DNA from: Melioribacteraceae bacterium
GTDB lineage: Bacteria; Bacteroidota; Ignavibacteria; Ignavibacteriales; Melioribacteraceae
NCBI GenBank assembly: GCA_041741395.1
Contig: JBGSKB010000112.1
Location: 1-38,379, forward strand
Direction of reading: 5' to 3'
Length of the DNA: 38,379 nt
Of this stretch, positions 36,513 through 38,379 are shown piece by piece. The notes beneath the pieces were generated by a model that was given only the letters and a program-made list of their open reading frames with translations, was not told the origin of the DNA and ran no database searches. Positions within the stretch are counted from its first letter, which is position 1. Each line of letters begins with the position of its first letter. The position numbers and the translations under genes were made by a program.

Positions 36513-38379
36513 ATGTTCAAAATTTTAATAAATATTGGATTGATATTTATTATGTTCGGATGTTCTAAAAATAAGATAAAAATTGAGTATCCCAAAACAG
36601 CCAAAGTAGATACAGTGGATAATTATTTTGGAACAAAAGTTGATGATCCATATCGCTGGCTTGAAGATGATAAATCAGAAGAAACTCAAAAATGGGTAGA
36701 ATCGCAAAATAAAGTTACAGAAGATTATTTATCGAAAATTCCATTTAGAGAAAAAATGAAAAATAGATTAACTGAATTATGGGATTTCGAAAAATATTCT
36801 GCTCCGCAAAAAGTTAAAGATTATTATGTTTTCAATAAAAATGATGGACTGCAAGAACAATATGTAGTTTATATTCAAAATGGATTAAATGCGGAACCCG
36901 AAGTATTAATTGATCCAAATAAGCTTTCTGATGACGGCTCTGTTAGTTTGGGCGATGTTACATTTTCAAATGATGGAAAATACTGCAGCTATTCAATTTC
37001 CAGAGGTGGTTCAGATTGGCGCGAAATTTATGTTTTGGAAATTGATTCAAAAAAAATTTTGAGTGATCATATTATGTGGGCAAAATTTACAAGTATAGCA
37101 TGGTATAAAGATGGGTTTTATTACAGCAGATATGATGAACCAAGCGAGAAGGATAAACTTAAAGCTAAAAATGAATTTCAAAAATTATATTATCACAAAT
37201 TAGGAGATACTCAAACTCTTGATAAATTAATTTTGGAAGACAAAACAAATCCACAATTAGGATTTTCCGCATCGGTAACTGATGATGAAAAATATTTAAT
37301 TATTTATGGTTGGCAAGGCTCACCAAGTGAAAACAGTATTTATATAAAAAATTTAGAAACCAATTCACCAATAAAATTAATCTTTGATAAGTTTGATGCA
37401 GAGTATGGCGCTGTTGATAATTTGGAAGACAAATTTTTATTTGTTACAAATAAAAATGCTCCGCACTCAAAGTTAATATTAGTTGATCCATCAAATCCAA
37501 ATGAAGAAAATTGGAAAAATATTATTGGTGAATCAAAAGATGTATTAAAATCCGTATCACTTGTTGGTGGAAAACTTTTTACAGAGTATTTAAAAGATGC
37601 TACTACAAAAGTTACTGTTCACGATATTGAAGGAAAAGAATTATATGAACTCAAGCTACCCGGAATAGGCACTGCATATGGTTTTGATGGAAAAAAAGAT
37701 TATACAGAATTGTTCTACACTTTTACTTCGTTTAATTATCCACCTACAATTTTTAAGTATGATATAGAAAAAAATGAGTCGGAGTTATTCAGAAAATCGA
37801 ACGTTAAATTTAATCCAGATGATTATGAAACAAAACAAATTTTTTATAACAGCAAAGACGGCACAAAAATTCCATTATTCATTACACATAAAAAAGGATT
37901 AGAATTAAACTCAGAAAATCCAACTTTACTTTATGCTTATGGGGGATTTAATATTTCAGAAACACCATATTTTTCGGTTACACAAGTTCCAATTTTAGAA
38001 AATGGGGGAGTGTATGCAATGGCTTGTTTAAGAGGCGGTGGTGAATATGGTGAGGAATGGCATAAAGCAGGAATGCTTGAAAAAAAGCAAAATGTGTTTG
38101 ATGATTTTATTTCTGCGACAGAATATTTAATAAAGGAAAAATATACGTCATCAAAAAAACTTGCTGTACAAGGCGGATCAAATGGAGGAACATTGATTGG
38201 AGCCGTAATTAATCAAAGACCAGAATTATTTGCTGTTGCATTTCCAGAAGTTGGAGTTATGGATATGTTAAGATTTCATAAATTTACAATTGGGTGGGCT
38301 TGGATTCCGGAATATGGATCTAGTGAAGATTCATTACAGTTCTTAAATTTGTATAAATATTCTCCGCTTCATAATATTA
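36513..38379 (+). CDS. Prolyl oligopeptidase (S9A family), probable lipoprotein, 3' end truncated by the window
   Basis: Not in the ORF track because no stop is reached. ATG at 36513 with AGAGGA 5 nt upstream. MFKILINIGLIFIMFGCSK (signal peptide ending in Cys). DNYFGTKVDDPYRWLED is the typical POP N-terminus. The catalytic-Ser motif GGSNGG appears in LAVQGGSNGGTLIGAVINQRPELF near 38170. Confidence 0.9.
   Translation, partial: MFKILINIGLIFIMFGCSKNKIKIEYPKTAKVDTVDNYFGTKVDDPYRWLEDDKSEETQKWVESQNKVTEDYLSKIPFREKMKNRLTELWDFEKYSAPQKVKDYYVFNKNDGLQEQYVVYIQNGLNAEPEVLIDPNKLSDDGSVSLGDVTFSNDGKYCSYSISRGGSDWREIYVLEIDSKKILSDHIMWAKFTSIAWYKDGFYYSRYDEPSEKDKLKAKNEFQKLYYHKLGDTQTLDKLILEDKTNPQLGFSASVTDDEKYLIIYGWQGSPSENSIYIKNLETNSPIKLIFDKFDAEYGAVDNLEDKFLFVTNKNAPHSKLILVDPSNPNEENWKNIIGESKDVLKSVSLVGGKLFTEYLKDATTKVTVHDIEGKELYELKLPGIGTAYGFDGKKDYTELFYTFTSFNYPPTIFKYDIEKNESELFRKSNVKFNPDDYETKQIFYNSKDGTKIPLFITHKKGLELNSENPTLLYAYGGFNISETPYFSVTQVPILENGGVYAMACLRGGGEYGEEWHKAGMLEKKQNVFDDFISATEYLIKEKYTSSKKLAVQGGSNGGTLIGAVINQRPELFAVAFPEVGVMDMLRFHKFTIGWAWIPEYGSSEDSLQFLNLYKYSPLHNI

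Noticed and set aside
36374-36604. 76-aa minus-strand ORF overlapping the start of the prolyl oligopeptidase gene.
   Set aside because: It overlaps the clear peptidase start and signal peptide on the plus strand. Its product is low-complexity with no upstream RBS.
1-38379. A scan for tRNA, rRNA, CRISPR arrays, toxin-antitoxin pairs, restriction-modification genes or recognisable phage-defence genes.
   Set aside because: I recognised none. The intergenic regions are short, or are explained by the promoters, terminators and leader described above.

Overview
This is a strongly AT-rich bacterial chromosomal segment. Two proteins end in T9SS-type C-terminal sorting domains (YPNPFNPST...) and the housekeeping-like sigma factor is the compact ~286-aa type. 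From this I infer an FCB-group origin (Bacteroidota/Ignavibacteriota-like); I could not verify it.

Content from left to right:
(1) A same-strand respiratory cluster: a membrane-anchored Fe-S/FAD oxidoreductase, a 20-heme c-type cytochrome, a 1156-aa cytochrome with 46 CxxCH motifs, and a predicted outer-membrane beta-barrel. This is a candidate porin-cytochrome electron conduit.
(2) A PhzF-family isomerase gene.
(3) A 2.6-kb cassette encoding a secreted leucine-rich-repeat/T9SS protein, bracketed by 96-bp direct repeats that duplicate the phzF 5' end.
(4) An aromatic-amino-acid decarboxylase gene followed by a MarC-family membrane protein gene.
(5) A free-standing 2212-aa ORF that fuses a PLP aminotransferase-fold module to an HprK/PEPCK-like P-loop kinase module, with more than 1000 residues I cannot assign.
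(6) A compact primary-like sigma-70 gene with a clear promoter and terminator.
(7) A complete trpEGDCFBA operon preceded by an untracked 24-codon leader ORF (WSWWW) and a rho-independent terminator, the classic attenuation layout.
(8) A glyoxalase-like lipoprotein gene.
(9) A five-gene same-strand cluster: HlyD-like, VTC domain, DUF4956, CotH kinase (with lamin-tail domain and T9SS CTD), and PPK2. Together these suggest an uncharacterised polyphosphate-linked envelope or secreted-kinase system.
(10) A 3'-truncated prolyl oligopeptidase gene.

I saw no rRNA, tRNA, CRISPR array, transposase or integrase. The best candidates for a genuinely undescribed system are the giant aminotransferase-kinase fusion and the VTC/DUF4956/CotH/PPK2 cluster, followed by the cytochrome/porin cluster. 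Novelty cannot be established without database searches.
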